Positions 19,834 to 29,541 are shown, counted from the stretch's first letter. The stretch is DNA of 64,000 nucleotides from Eubacteriales bacterium (GCA_045657245.1 JAZOSQ010000053.1:3449-67448); one strand, 5' to 3'. The notes: generated from the sequence alone by a model not told the origin. Program-made: numbers and translations.

Positions 19834-20427
19834 AATTATCTGAGGTGTTTCCCCGACGATCATTGTTTCGGAAACAATAATTTTATTTTCGATTTCAAAA
19901 GATAGGTTCTGAAATGGCGCAGTGCAGTTTATGACTGTATTGAAAGTTAACGTGATTCTATGAATCGTTTGGTTGATTCCGCCACTAATTAGTTGGCTAT
20001 CAATTTTATAATTGACAGCACCGCCTTTGTTGATAGTTAACGATAATTTGGGACCTTTTCCTGCGAAAAGCTTTGCTCCCATAATGTTTGCTATTGGTAT
20101 TCCAAATTTATTTTCTGATTCCTCTACAATATTTTGAATTGATATTGTAACAGAATGTGCCATCATGTTTAGTTTTTTAGAGTCAATAATTATTGTAGAA
20201 ATTTTGCCGTCGTTTGAATAATTATAGTTTGCAATATCTTCGAAAGAAATTTTGTTTGCTTGAATATCCTTAATTATACTTTTGTTGATTTCCTCGTTTA
20301 GTTCGCCTTTTATGGTGTTGTTCAAATACTTTTCTGACACAATGAAATAATTATCATAGAAAGTATATATAAATGTAGTTGATGAAAGAAACATAAACAT
20401 CAATAAAAATAAGAGTCGTTTTTTCAT
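19819..20427 (-). CDS. yunB: sporulation protein YunB
   Basis: N-terminal signal/TM helix and a C-terminal GGINQTIHRITL block typical of YunB. The ATG follows a GGGGTGG RBS. Confidence 0.65.
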   Translation of the reverse strand: MKKRLLFLLMFMFLSSTTFIYTFYDNYFIVSEKYLNNTIKGELNEEINKSIIKDIQANKISFEDIANYNYSNDGKISTIIIDSKKLNMMAHSVTISIQNIVEESENKFGIPIANIMGAKLFAGKGPKLSLTINKGGAVNYKIDSQLISGGINQTIHRITLTFNTVINCTAPFQNLSFEIENKIIVSETMIVGETPQIILPPG

Positions 20428-20523
20428 TTTCCACCCCAATATAGTATATTAATTTAGGGTATGAAAATTCACTTCAGAACTAGGTTTTACGAAAATAAAA
20501 TAGATTTTTAGAAGAGGGAAGTT

Positions 20524-21126
20524 ATGAATTATTTACTTGTTCTAACATACGGAATTAGTCTTTCTATGGATGCTTTTGCTATTGCAATATGCAAGGGAAT
20601 TGCACTCGGCAAAGCAAAATGGATCGATGCCGTAAAAGTAGGGCTGTATTTCGGGATTGCACAAGGTCTGATGCCTTTGATTGGATATGGCTTAGCAAAT
20701 TCATTTAGTAAATACATAGAACGTTTTGACCATTGGGTTGCTTTTTTCTTGCTTCTTTATATCGGTGTTAACATGATAAAAGAAAGCATCGATAACGAAG
20801 AAGAACAAAGTGACGGTGCACTGTGTTTCAAGAAGATGTTTGTTATGGCGATCGCCACCAGTATTGACGCACTTGCGGTCGGAATCGCTTTTTCCTGTGA
20901 TGGTATGCCCACGAAATCAAACGGTGTTTTGCTTGGTATATATGCGTCTTGTTTAATAATTTGTTTGACGACTTTTGTATTATCTGCTTTAGGTGTTAAA
21001 CTTGGTAAGATTTTAGAAAATAAATTTAAATCTCGTGCAGAGTTTGTTGGCGGAATCGTTTTGGTTTTATTGGGAATCAAAATACTCGTTGAACATTTAT
21101 GGGGCTTTTCGATATTTGGTATATAA
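20524..21126 (+). CDS. mntP: manganese efflux pump MntP
   Basis: GISLSMDAFAIAI N-terminus repeated as SIDALAVGIAF. A 200-aa, six-TM protein. Confidence 0.85.
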   Translation: MNYLLVLTYGISLSMDAFAIAICKGIALGKAKWIDAVKVGLYFGIAQGLMPLIGYGLANSFSKYIERFDHWVAFFLLLYIGVNMIKESIDNEEEQSDGALCFKKMFVMAIATSIDALAVGIAFSCDGMPTKSNGVLLGIYASCLIICLTTFVLSALGVKLGKILENKFKSRAEFVGGIVLVLLGIKILVEHLWGFSIFGI

Positions 21127-21128
21127 AT

Positions 21129-21159
21129 AATAATCCACCCATTATTAGGGTGGATTATT
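21129..21159 (+). terminator. hairpin terminator after mntP
   Basis: 12-bp stem aataatccaccc/gggtggattatt. Confidence 0.6.
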
Positions 21160-21170
21160 ATTTATAATAA

Positions 21171-21197
21171 AAAAACGGGCATATGCCCGTTTTTTTG
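21171..21197. terminator. bidirectional terminator between mntP and the lipoprotein gene
   Basis: The stem acgggc/gcccgt is flanked by an A-run upstream and a T-run downstream. Confidence 0.7.
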
Positions 21198-21206
21198 TAT
21201 TTTTGT

Positions 21207-23615
21207 TTATGCCGGTTCACCGAAGATCTTGTAGTAAACAGCTTTTACCTTATCTTCGAATACAAATTCGTACCAGGTTTCATATTTGGGTTCACGAACG
21301 AGTTCGGTCTTGGGTTCTTCGACAGTTTCGCCTTCAGCAGCTTCAGTATCGCTTTCAACAGTAACTTCTTTTTCTACAAGATAACCGATCTGGAGAAGAA
21401 TTGCTTCTTCATCAAGACCGAGAAGATCTTTGTTTTCAGCAATAAATTCAGTTACAGCGGATTCGAGTGCTTTGTTGATGTCTTCATACATCTTTTCACT
21501 GTAGGTCGTGATTTCTTCAGAAATTTTTTCGTCGACTTTTGCGATGATTTTTGCAGGAGCATCATATTTAATGCGGTCTGCAAGGTCTTTCTGATATTTA
21601 TCGGATTTTATGAGTTTGGAATATTCCTTTTTATATTCCGAAGTACCCATGATTTTTTCAACTTCATTCGCAATTTCGGCTTCGATAAGGCTTTCGTAAA
21701 CGCTTGTTACGAGTTCATTGAATTTTTCTTCGGGGAAATATTTGTTGAAGTTTTCTTCAATATACTCAGGAGTCATGGTATCATCAACCATTTGAGTGAT
21801 TTCGTTATCGGTTGCGAGGGGATTTTGGAAAGTAAACGATTCAGTCAATTCAGTGATGAGCGAGCTTTCTACACTGCTGTAACATTCTTCGTAAGTGCTA
21901 TCCTTCGCATCCTTCTTAAGCTGTGCAGATTTAGAAGCAATAACTTTGTCGCGAACTTTATTAGCGAATGTGGGTTTAAGAACATTTTCGACGTAATGGT
22001 TGTTGAGTTCTTGAACAATCTGATTTTCAATTTCGGTGCTTGCGGATTTGTAAAGAGCGTTATAGTTAAACTTAACTGCGGTACCTGCCATAAGGGAAGG
22101 ATAGTATTTGTCAACAACGTTGTTTATAATCGCAAAGTAATCAGGCTCGATTACTTCTTTTCTAACCGTAGTTGTAATCTTTTTGTTGGGATCATCGGGA
22201 TCTTCAACTTCGATTTCTGTTGTGTAATAGAATTTCTTGGGAGAAGATGTGAAGCCGAGAGAAGGAGAAACGATAGCTTCTTTGTTCTGATTAGTTGCGT
22301 CTAACCACTTATTGGGGTTTTCGCCCTTAAGGGTATAAGTGATGAAGCGGTTGCCGACATAGTCTGGATTGATGAAGTAATCACAGTCGTCAGTTCTTTC
22401 AACCTGATTGTCATCGTTGAGGGTGTAGTGTTCGTTTTCGATTCCATAAGTAAGAAGATTCATAAGCTGAGGATCAGTGTTGATCGCGGTTACAATCTTC
22501 ATAACATCAGTAAGTTCATTAGAAACAACGTATTTGGAAACACAGAAGATGTTATCGATCGCAGTTTCATTTGTAGCAACAGGAACCGAATAGAGGCTGT
22601 AATCATATTCATAGCCGGTTCCTTCAAGGCGTTTTCCGATTTCTTCGGTGGTGCCGGTTTCGATGCGAACTGCATAACGAGTTTTGTCTTCTTCTTTGTC
22701 GTTAGCATTTACATCAGCAAGATAGCCAAGAGCTTTGTATCTTGCGATCATAGAGAAGTAGTTCTTGAGTTTGTTGTTTTTATATGCATCCAAGACATTT
22801 TTTTCGGAAACCAAAGCGGGGAAGCCTTCGTTTGCAAGGAATTGGATGTCGGTAGATGCCATGGTGTTCTTGAGAGGAACAACATTGGGTTCGTTAGCTT
22901 TGATTGTTTCGAGGTAGCCTTGAAGGTCTTCGAGCGATCTAATTGTATTGGGGTCGACAGAATATTTTTCAAGGAGTTCTGCATCAAAAGCAAGATATGT
23001 GTATTCACCGATCGCGTTATTTACAGGGATGCCATAAGTCTTGTTGTCAACCTTAGCGCCTGTGAAAAGGGTGGAGTGAATGTAGGATTTGAGTTGTTTG
23101 GCCTCATTTTCAAGCTTTTCATCAAGTGCGGTAAGCTTACCTTGAGAAGCAAGTTCGTAATATTTGTCGTAGCCTCTTACAAGGAAAATGTCAAGGCGAG
23201 GTTCATCCATAGGAATGTCCTTACCTTCAGCAAGTATATCAAGGATACGGTCACCCGTTAAGATGTCTTTGGAAGTTTCGGAACCGTCGCTGCTTTCGGA
23301 AAGAGTAAGGGAGTTGTTTTTCTTTGCAGCTTGATATTCTTCCATTTCTTCGAATTTATCGGAAATGAGCTTATCGTATTCTGCTTCGGTAACCATTTCA
23401 AGGTTAAGGATAACGTGTAAACGATAGAAAATGATACGGTTGAGAGCGAGTTCGACCTGATTAATTGCTTCAGGTGTGGTTTTTTCGTCAACAATCGTAT
23501 AAAGGGTATATATGCTTGCTTCTGTACCTGTGAGGTCAGCTTCTTGAGAGCAGGATGCAAACATCGGTGCGAGCATAAGAAGTGACAGAAGAATACATAA
23601 AATGCCTTTTTTCAT
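21207..23615 (-). CDS. large lipoprotein, solute-binding-protein-like N-terminal part with a long acidic C-terminal extension
   Basis: Signal peptide plus lipobox (LAPMFASC). 802 aa with loose resemblance to family-1 extracellular solute-binding proteins. No adjacent permease genes. Confidence 0.55.
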   Translation of the reverse strand: MKKGILCILLSLLMLAPMFASCSQEADLTGTEASIYTLYTIVDEKTTPEAINQVELALNRIIFYRLHVILNLEMVTEAEYDKLISDKFEEMEEYQAAKKNNSLTLSESSDGSETSKDILTGDRILDILAEGKDIPMDEPRLDIFLVRGYDKYYELASQGKLTALDEKLENEAKQLKSYIHSTLFTGAKVDNKTYGIPVNNAIGEYTYLAFDAELLEKYSVDPNTIRSLEDLQGYLETIKANEPNVVPLKNTMASTDIQFLANEGFPALVSEKNVLDAYKNNKLKNYFSMIARYKALGYLADVNANDKEEDKTRYAVRIETGTTEEIGKRLEGTGYEYDYSLYSVPVATNETAIDNIFCVSKYVVSNELTDVMKIVTAINTDPQLMNLLTYGIENEHYTLNDDNQVERTDDCDYFINPDYVGNRFITYTLKGENPNKWLDATNQNKEAIVSPSLGFTSSPKKFYYTTEIEVEDPDDPNKKITTTVRKEVIEPDYFAIINNVVDKYYPSLMAGTAVKFNYNALYKSASTEIENQIVQELNNHYVENVLKPTFANKVRDKVIASKSAQLKKDAKDSTYEECYSSVESSLITELTESFTFQNPLATDNEITQMVDDTMTPEYIEENFNKYFPEEKFNELVTSVYESLIEAEIANEVEKIMGTSEYKKEYSKLIKSDKYQKDLADRIKYDAPAKIIAKVDEKISEEITTYSEKMYEDINKALESAVTEFIAENKDLLGLDEEAILLQIGYLVEKEVTVESDTEAAEGETVEEPKTELVREPKYETWYEFVFEDKVKAVYYKIFGEPA

Positions 23616-23814
23616 TGGGCGGTCCTCCTAAAAATCGGTTATTTATACATATCGTATTATACAACTTTCTATTACTTATGTCAAGGATAATGTAACAAAT
23701 TTACCCATTAAAAATTATATTTATTAAAAGTTTTTTATTAAACATAAAAAGTGGTTTTTCGCTATTGAATTTTAAGGGTTTTGAAGATATAATGGCATAA
23801 ATGAGGTGCGGTTT

Positions 23815-24384
23815 ATGAATGAACGAAAAATAAGAAAAATGATAATGAATTCCATCCCACTTATAGGCGATAGAATTACGTTAAGATATATTAATCTATC
23901 GGATGCATATGATATGTACGAATATGCTTCAATTCCCGAAGTTTGCGAATATTTATTGTGGAGTCCCCACATTAATCTTATGGTAACTGAAGGATATATT
24001 GAATACGTTAATGAACGATATAAAAAAGGACTTTATGCCGATATGGCATTGGTTCTTAATGATACCGATAAGATGATAGGAACCTGTGGTTTCGCATTAC
24101 TTGATTTGAACCAAAAAATTGGCGAGATTGGGTATGTACTTTCTCCATATTATCGAAAAAAAGGATATATGTCTGAAGCGGTTGATATGATTTTACGCTT
24201 TTCGTTCGACAATATTGGTCTTGAGAAAGTAAGACTTAGAATAATTAAAGAAAATACAGATTCAAAACGCATTGCGGAACGATTTGGATTTTCAGAGAAA
24301 AGCACTTCATTAATGATCGTTAAGGACGTAGAGAGAGAAATTATTAATTATGAATTAATCGCTGAAGATTATAAAAGAAAATAA
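23815..24384 (+). CDS. GNAT-family N-acetyltransferase (RimJ/RimL-like)
   Basis: RimJ/RimL-like GNAT layout. The acetyl-CoA-binding block is RKKGYMSEAV. A TTGAAT-17-TATAAT promoter lies upstream. Confidence 0.75.
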   Translation: MNERKIRKMIMNSIPLIGDRITLRYINLSDAYDMYEYASIPEVCEYLLWSPHINLMVTEGYIEYVNERYKKGLYADMALVLNDTDKMIGTCGFALLDLNQKIGEIGYVLSPYYRKKGYMSEAVDMILRFSFDNIGLEKVRLRIIKENTDSKRIAERFGFSEKSTSLMIVKDVEREIINYELIAEDYKRK

Positions 24385-24389
24385 AAAAT

Positions 24390-24419
24390 GAAGCAGCCGT
24401 TTGGCTGCTTCTTTTTTTT
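24390..24419. terminator. bidirectional terminator (GNAT / rpmB)
   Basis: Stem gaagcagcc/ggctgcttc followed by T8, with an A-run upstream. Confidence 0.8.
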
Positions 24420-24427
24420 GAATTCGA

Positions 24428-24616
24428 TTAAACGGCTCTATTAACCTTGCCGCTTCTAAGGCAACGAGAGCAAACGTTAACGTGCTTTACAGTGCCGTTG
24501 AGATTAGCCTTAACTTTTCTGATGTTAGGCTTCCAAGTTCTGTTGGTTTTTCTGTGGGAGTGAGATACGTTACAACCGAAAGTAACGCCCTTTCCGCATA
24601 CTGAACATTTTGCCAT
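24428..24616 (-). CDS. rpmB: 50S ribosomal protein L28
   Basis: 62 aa, MAKCSVCGKG...SHSHRKTNRTWKPN, the canonical L28 sequence. Confidence 0.95.
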   Translation of the reverse strand: MAKCSVCGKGVTFGCNVSHSHRKTNRTWKPNIRKVKANLNGTVKHVNVCSRCLRSGKVNRAV

Positions 24617-24659
24617 CTATTCCACCTCCAAATGATTTGCGTAAAAATTCGAACACCTT

Positions 24660-24688
24660 AATATATAACACTTTTTTGCATTTGTCAA
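24660..24688 (-). promoter_or_regulatory. candidate sigma-A promoter for rpmB
   Basis: On the minus strand: TTGACA, 17-nt spacer, TATATT. Confidence 0.6.
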
Positions 24689-24722
24689 TACTTTTTTTGA
24701 TTTTTGGACAAATAAATATAAG

Positions 24723-26084
24723 TTATATGCTATTTGCAAGCTTTGTTATGTCTCCGGCGCCCATAATTAACAGTAAATCGCCTGATTCTAATTCGTTTTT
24801 GAGAAATTCCTTAATTTCGTCAAAAGTTTCGAAATACATAGAATTGTTGATTTCTTCGGAAAGCTTTTTAGAAGAAACCTCTGTTCCACATGCTTCTCTT
24901 GCGGCATAAAGAGGGCACAGTATGAGTATATCTGCATCATCAAAAGACGTCTTGAATTCATCAAAAAGGTCTTTCAATCTAGAATAGTTGTGGGGTTGAA
25001 AAACGCACACAACACGATTACGAGTAATTCTTTTTGCGGCATCCAAGGTGACTTTGATTTCGTCGGGATGGTGAGCATAATCATCGTAAACATCAGCACC
25101 GCAAAAACTGCCTTTGTATTCAAAACGTCTGCCTACACCGGCAAAGCTTACAATGCCTTTCACCATATCTTCTTTTGATGTGCCGATCAAATCGCACACG
25201 GCAATAACGGCGAGAGCGTTTGCGACGTTATGTTCGCCCGGTGCTGATAATTTTAATGAAAGGAAGAAATCGTTGTTTTTATAAACGTCGAAGGAAGCAT
25301 ATCCGCCGATAAAAGATACGTTCTTCGCATAAAAGTTTGCGTTTTCGTTTCCGTTTGCACTAAAGGTTATTTTTTCGCCGACATAATCTTCCGCAGAAAG
25401 TTTACAGTTATCACAATCGAAATTATAAACGGCATATCCGTCTTTGCCTGTATTGTTCATATATTGCGTGAAAGATTCACGCATATGCTCGATACCTGTA
25501 AAATAGTCGGTGTGATCAAGCGAAATGTTAAGCACAACGGCGATTTTAGGGAAGAAAGAAAGGAAACTGTCTTTATATTCGCACGCTTCATAAACAAAGT
25601 TTTCGTCATTACCGATACGATACGTTGAACCAACGTCACGCATTACTGCGCCTACAACGATCGTAGGATCGCATCCGATAGCATTAAGAAGAACGTGACC
25701 GAGCATACCGCTTGTGGTCGATTTTCCGTGTGTACCTGCGATTGCGACAGAGTTTTCATAAAGGTTTGCCAACGCACCGAGAATTTCTGCACGGGAATAA
25801 AGCGGTTTGCCTGACTTTATGATTTCTTTCATCATAGGGTGATCAGGCCCAAAAGCAGCGGAGTAAATAACCGCGCCGCAGTTTTCGAGTTGAGATACAT
25901 CAAATTCAGAATACACCTTTATGTTGTTTTTTTCCAGCTTATCAGTAACATCGCTTAATGTTCTGTCATAACCATAAATCGAATATCCTTTTCCTGCAAG
26001 AATCATAGCGATAGCAGACATACTGATGCCACCAATACCGAGGAAATATAAGCCCGAATCGAGTTTGAGTTCATTAATATTCAA
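24723..26084 (-). CDS. murC: UDP-N-acetylmuramate--L-alanine ligase
   Basis: The GIGGISMSAIA N-terminus and the GTHGKSTT P-loop give the Mur ligase layout. Confidence 0.9.
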   Translation of the reverse strand: MNINELKLDSGLYFLGIGGISMSAIAMILAGKGYSIYGYDRTLSDVTDKLEKNNIKVYSEFDVSQLENCGAVIYSAAFGPDHPMMKEIIKSGKPLYSRAEILGALANLYENSVAIAGTHGKSTTSGMLGHVLLNAIGCDPTIVVGAVMRDVGSTYRIGNDENFVYEACEYKDSFLSFFPKIAVVLNISLDHTDYFTGIEHMRESFTQYMNNTGKDGYAVYNFDCDNCKLSAEDYVGEKITFSANGNENANFYAKNVSFIGGYASFDVYKNNDFFLSLKLSAPGEHNVANALAVIAVCDLIGTSKEDMVKGIVSFAGVGRRFEYKGSFCGADVYDDYAHHPDEIKVTLDAAKRITRNRVVCVFQPHNYSRLKDLFDEFKTSFDDADILILCPLYAAREACGTEVSSKKLSEEINNSMYFETFDEIKEFLKNELESGDLLLIMGAGDITKLANSI

Positions 26085-26262
26085 AACAAAATACCTTCCA
26101 ATTGCAGCAGATTTTGTTATTATCTAATGTATTATAACACTTTTGTAAGATAAAATAAAGACAAAATTACGGCTATATTAAATATTATTCATTTTGCACA
26201 TTGCACAATGCAACTTTTTGTGTATAATTTTATGATGTGGTAATGTTTTTCAGAGGTGAATT

Positions 26263-26859
26263 ATGAAATCTAAAATCTCGCAATTTACATCAATTTCAAT
26301 ATTAATCGCAGTCACAGTTGTTTTGCAAACACTCGGTGCTGTTTTTCCGATAAAAGTAGCGGGTATTTCGATATCCCTTGTTATGATTCCCTTGACGGTT
26401 GCTGCTTGCTTTTTTGGTATTAAAGGAGGCACAATTGTCGGCGCGGCTTTCGGCTTGACCGTATTCGTTCACAGCATAATAGGGCTTGACGCGGCAGGTG
26501 CCACAATTTTTGCAATTAATCCGTTTTTTACGTTCTGTATTACAGTTGTAAGAGGATTACTTGCCGGTGTATTGACTGCCGTTGTTTATAAACTTGTAAA
26601 AACCATTAAAATTTCTTGGTTGAAATATATGATAACGGGATTGTTCTCCACGATTTTCAATACGGGTATTTTTATTGGATTTTATGTACTTTTGTTCAAT
26701 GACTTGTTGGTTACCGCTGCAAATTCGAGCGGATATACAAACAATGTATTCGGTTTTATTATTTTTGCTGTTGTAGGAATTAACTTCCTTTTTGAAGCAC
26801 TTACAACTCTCGCGCTTTCTCCTGCTGTTTGCAAAGCTTTGGAGAAAACCCATAGATAG
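26263..26859 (+). CDS. ECF-transporter S (substrate-capture) component, substrate unknown
   Basis: 198-aa, six-TM protein with an ECF S-component-like profile. A TTGCAC-16-TATAAT promoter lies upstream and no riboswitch is recognisable. Confidence 0.55.
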   Translation: MKSKISQFTSISILIAVTVVLQTLGAVFPIKVAGISISLVMIPLTVAACFFGIKGGTIVGAAFGLTVFVHSIIGLDAAGATIFAINPFFTFCITVVRGLLAGVLTAVVYKLVKTIKISWLKYMITGLFSTIFNTGIFIGFYVLLFNDLLVTAANSSGYTNNVFGFIIFAVVGINFLFEALTTLALSPAVCKALEKTHR

Positions 26860-26887
26860 TCATATTAAATGTATTTGAGGATAAAAA

Positions 26888-28735
26888 ATGGTTAGAGAAG
26901 ATCTAAGAAATATCGCGATTATCGCACACGTTGACCACGGTAAGACAACGCTTGTTGACGAAATGCTCAAGCAAGGCGGTGTTTTTCGTGAAAATCAGGT
27001 TACAGAAGACCGCGTAATGGACAATAATGCGCTTGAGCGCGAAAGAGGAATCACTATTCTTGCAAAGAATACGGCGATTCATTATAAAGACGTTAAGATT
27101 AACGTTATCGATACTCCCGGTCACGCGGACTTTGGCGGTGAGGTTGAACGTATTCTTAAAATGGTTAACGGTGTTATACTTCTTGTTGACGCTGCTGAAG
27201 GTCCTATGCCTCAAACAAGATTCGTTCTTCAAAGAGCATTGGAGTTGAACCATAAAGTTATTGTTGTTGTTAATAAAATCGATAGAGCCGACGCAAGAAT
27301 CGAAGAAGTTATGGACGAGGTTCTCGAACTTCTCTTCGACCTTGATGCAAGTGATGAACAGCTTGAAAGTCCGACGCTTTTCTGTTCGGGCAGAGCCGGT
27401 ACCGCATCTATTTCGCCGTATGAACAGGGAAAAGACCTTCAACCCCTTTTTGATACTATACTTTCTCATATTCCTGCACCTGAAGGTAATCCCGAAGGGG
27501 AATTGCAGCTGCTCGTATCATCGATTGACTACAACGAATATGTTGGGCGTATTGGCATCGGAAGAATTGAACGTGGTCAGATAAAACAAGGTCAAGAAGT
27601 TTTGATGACCAATTATCACTCTCAATCCGAACCCAAGAAGACAAAAATCGTTTCGCTTTATCAAATTGACGGTCTTAACCGTGTTCCTGTACAGTCTGCA
27701 TCTGTTGGTGACATTGTTTGTTTTTCGGGTGCGGAAAACATCACTATCGGTGACACAATAACGTCGATGCAATGTCCTGAACCTCTCGAATTTGTTAAAG
27801 TAGGCGAACCTACAATGGAAATGACCTTCTCGGTTAACGATTCGCCTTTCGCGGGCAGAGAAGGTAAATTCGTTACGTCTCGTCAGCTTCGCGATCGACT
27901 CTTCAAAGAGCTTTTGAAAGACGTTTCGCTTCGTGTTACCGAAGGCGATACAACCGATTCTTTCAAGGTTGCCGGTAGAGGCGAAATGCACCTCTCTATA
28001 CTCATTGAAATTATGAGACGTGAGGGATTTGAGCTTTGCTGCTCGACACCGAGAGTCCTTTTCAAAGAAATCGACGGCGTTAAATGTGAACCTTTTGAGC
28101 TTGTTTCTGCGGACGTTCCCAACGATTACGTTGGTACGGTTGTTGAAGAATTGAGCAGAAGAAAAGGCGAACTCCTTCAGATGAATCCCAACGGCAACGG
28201 AACTCGTATGAAGATCGAATATTCGATTCCCGCTCGTTGTTTGCTTGGCTATCGTAGTATGTTTATGTCCGCGACGCGTGGTGAAGGTATTTTGAACAGC
28301 ATTTTTGAAGGGTATAAGCCCTTCAAAGGCGATATTCAAATACGCTTTACCGGTTCTCTTGTTGCAAGCGAAACTGGAGAAACAACATCGTACGGTTGCT
28401 ATAATTCGCAAGAACGAGGAAACCTTTTTGTTTCTCCTGCAATGGAAATTTATGAAGGTATGGTTGTCGGCATCAATCCGAAGGCGGAAGATATCGCAAT
28501 TAACCCCTGCAAAAAGAAGCAGCTCACGGCGATTCGTTCTGCAGGTGCTGACGAGAAGTTGATTTTGACTCCTCCGATAATTATGTCGCTTGAAGAAGCA
28601 ATCGAGTTTATTAACGAAGATGAATTGATTGAGGTTACTCCGAAATCAATAAGAATTCGTAAGCGTATTCTTAACAAAGAACTTCGTATGAAGGCAGAAA
28701 GCAAAGCTAAAAAAGCAGCGCTTTTGGGAAATTAA
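26888..28735 (+). CDS. typA: translational GTPase TypA/BipA
   Basis: NIAIIAHVDHGKTTLVD, DTPGHADFGGEV and NKID motifs, 615 aa. Confidence 0.95.
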   Translation: MVREDLRNIAIIAHVDHGKTTLVDEMLKQGGVFRENQVTEDRVMDNNALERERGITILAKNTAIHYKDVKINVIDTPGHADFGGEVERILKMVNGVILLVDAAEGPMPQTRFVLQRALELNHKVIVVVNKIDRADARIEEVMDEVLELLFDLDASDEQLESPTLFCSGRAGTASISPYEQGKDLQPLFDTILSHIPAPEGNPEGELQLLVSSIDYNEYVGRIGIGRIERGQIKQGQEVLMTNYHSQSEPKKTKIVSLYQIDGLNRVPVQSASVGDIVCFSGAENITIGDTITSMQCPEPLEFVKVGEPTMEMTFSVNDSPFAGREGKFVTSRQLRDRLFKELLKDVSLRVTEGDTTDSFKVAGRGEMHLSILIEIMRREGFELCCSTPRVLFKEIDGVKCEPFELVSADVPNDYVGTVVEELSRRKGELLQMNPNGNGTRMKIEYSIPARCLLGYRSMFMSATRGEGILNSIFEGYKPFKGDIQIRFTGSLVASETGETTSYGCYNSQERGNLFVSPAMEIYEGMVVGINPKAEDIAINPCKKKQLTAIRSAGADEKLILTPPIIMSLEEAIEFINEDELIEVTPKSIRIRKRILNKELRMKAESKAKKAALLGN

Positions 28736-28751
28736 CATACATTTATCAAAG

Positions 28752-28781
28752 AAACCGCTCAAAGAAACTTGAGCGGTTTTT
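28752..28781 (+). terminator. rho-independent terminator after typA
   Basis: Stem accgctc/gagcggt followed by TTTT. Confidence 0.7.
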
Positions 28782-28846
28782 ACGTACAAGGAAAATACAA
28801 GGGGTGGCTTGACAGTCCATTGACGATTATTTTTAGTTGTCGTAGA

Positions 28847-29362
28847 ATGATTTACTTAATTTCAGATATTTGTCGTGTCCTTGACATAAGTGAACGTGAA
28901 TTGATTACCGCTTCAACCGACACAGATTCAAGGAAGATTAAGCAGGAAGCACGGAATTTCCGTGTGATTCGCGGCACATGGTTTTGGGTTCCGACAATAT
29001 CATATGCACTAGCACTCTTAACTTGTTTTATTTGCAACCTTGCCGTAGACCACACGCTGTCATGGTTCTTCATTGTGCTAACTGCACTTCTTTGTGCCTT
29101 CTCATTTATCCCGACATTTACATCTTTTTTTAAGGCAAAGAAACTGCTCGTTTTTACAATAACAAGTTTTATTTCGATTTGTCTGCTTTTATACACTTGC
29201 GCGGCGTATACTAATACTATGTTTTGGTTTCCGACGGCATGCATCGGAACTTTAATTGGATCTCCATTGGTGTTTTTAGAATTCGCAAAAATAATAAACG
29301 ATGATTTATTATATAAAAAATGCTGTGTTGGAATTCAACACAGCATTTTTGCTCATATTTAA
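28847..29362 (+). CDS. hypothetical polytopic membrane protein, possibly the remnant of an HTH-membrane regulator
   Basis: ATG-initiated 171-aa ORF with 4-5 hydrophobic helices. The N-terminus (LISDICRVLDISERELI) looks like only the last helix of an XRE-type HTH. A terminator hairpin lies inside its last codons. Confidence 0.35.
   Translation: MIYLISDICRVLDISERELITASTDTDSRKIKQEARNFRVIRGTWFWVPTISYALALLTCFICNLAVDHTLSWFFIVLTALLCAFSFIPTFTSFFKAKKLLVFTITSFISICLLLYTCAAYTNTMFWFPTACIGTLIGSPLVFLEFAKIINDDLLYKKCCVGIQHSIFAHI
29321..29350 (+). terminator. rho-independent terminator lying inside the 3' end of the preceding ORF
   Basis: 10-bp stem tgctgtgttg/caacacagca, 5-nt loop, then TTTTT. The ORF's stop codon is 10 nt further downstream. 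Confidence 0.6.
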
Positions 29363-29391
29363 TCATCAATTTTCGAGGTAATTATATTTTG

Positions 29392-29420
29392 TTGATTTAT
29401 TGATTTTCATATGATATGAT
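29392..29420 (+). promoter_or_regulatory. candidate sigma-A promoter for the leader ORF and ABC exporter
   Basis: TTGATT, 17-nt spacer, TATGAT, about 30 nt upstream of the leader ATG. Confidence 0.5.
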
Positions 29421-29451
29421 ATAACTAATTAAAAGAAATGAGGTGTTAGAT

Positions 29452-29484
29452 ATGGCTATCATCAGAATTTGGACTTCCTTCTAA
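29452..29484 (+). CDS. candidate regulatory leader peptide MAIIRIWTSF (10 codons)
   Basis: The ATG lies 6 nt after a GAGGTG RBS. The stop codon is embedded in segment 1 of the downstream alternative-hairpin structure. Confidence 0.5.
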   Translation: MAIIRIWTSF

Positions 29485-29536
29485 ACGATAGAAGGAAAAT
29501 ATTTGAATCCTTCTATCGCTCAAAAGGCATAGGAGG
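29476..29536 (+). promoter_or_regulatory. four-segment translational attenuator that sequesters the ABC-exporter RBS
   Basis: Segment 1 (29476-29483) pairs with segment 2 (29489-29496), 8 bp. Segment 2 (29486-29496) pairs with segment 3 (29508-29518), 11 bp perfect. Segment 3 (29509-29516) pairs with segment 4 (29529-29536), 8 bp including one G-U, and segment 4 contains the AGGAGG Shine-Dalgarno of the ATG at 29542. Confidence 0.55.
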
Positions 29537-29541
29537 TTAAC

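Noticed and set aside
20440-20523. A possible yybP-ykoY manganese riboswitch upstream of mntP.
   Set aside because: The gap is only 84 nt and lacks the conserved GGGGAGUAG and GAGACAU-type cores. No convincing four-way structure is visible by eye.
26085-26262. A possible vitamin riboswitch (FMN, TPP, THF or preQ1) upstream of the ECF S-component gene.
   Set aside because: No conserved riboswitch core sequences are recognisable. The region contains only a promoter-like element and a short CATTG-CA-CAATG palindrome, which may be an operator.
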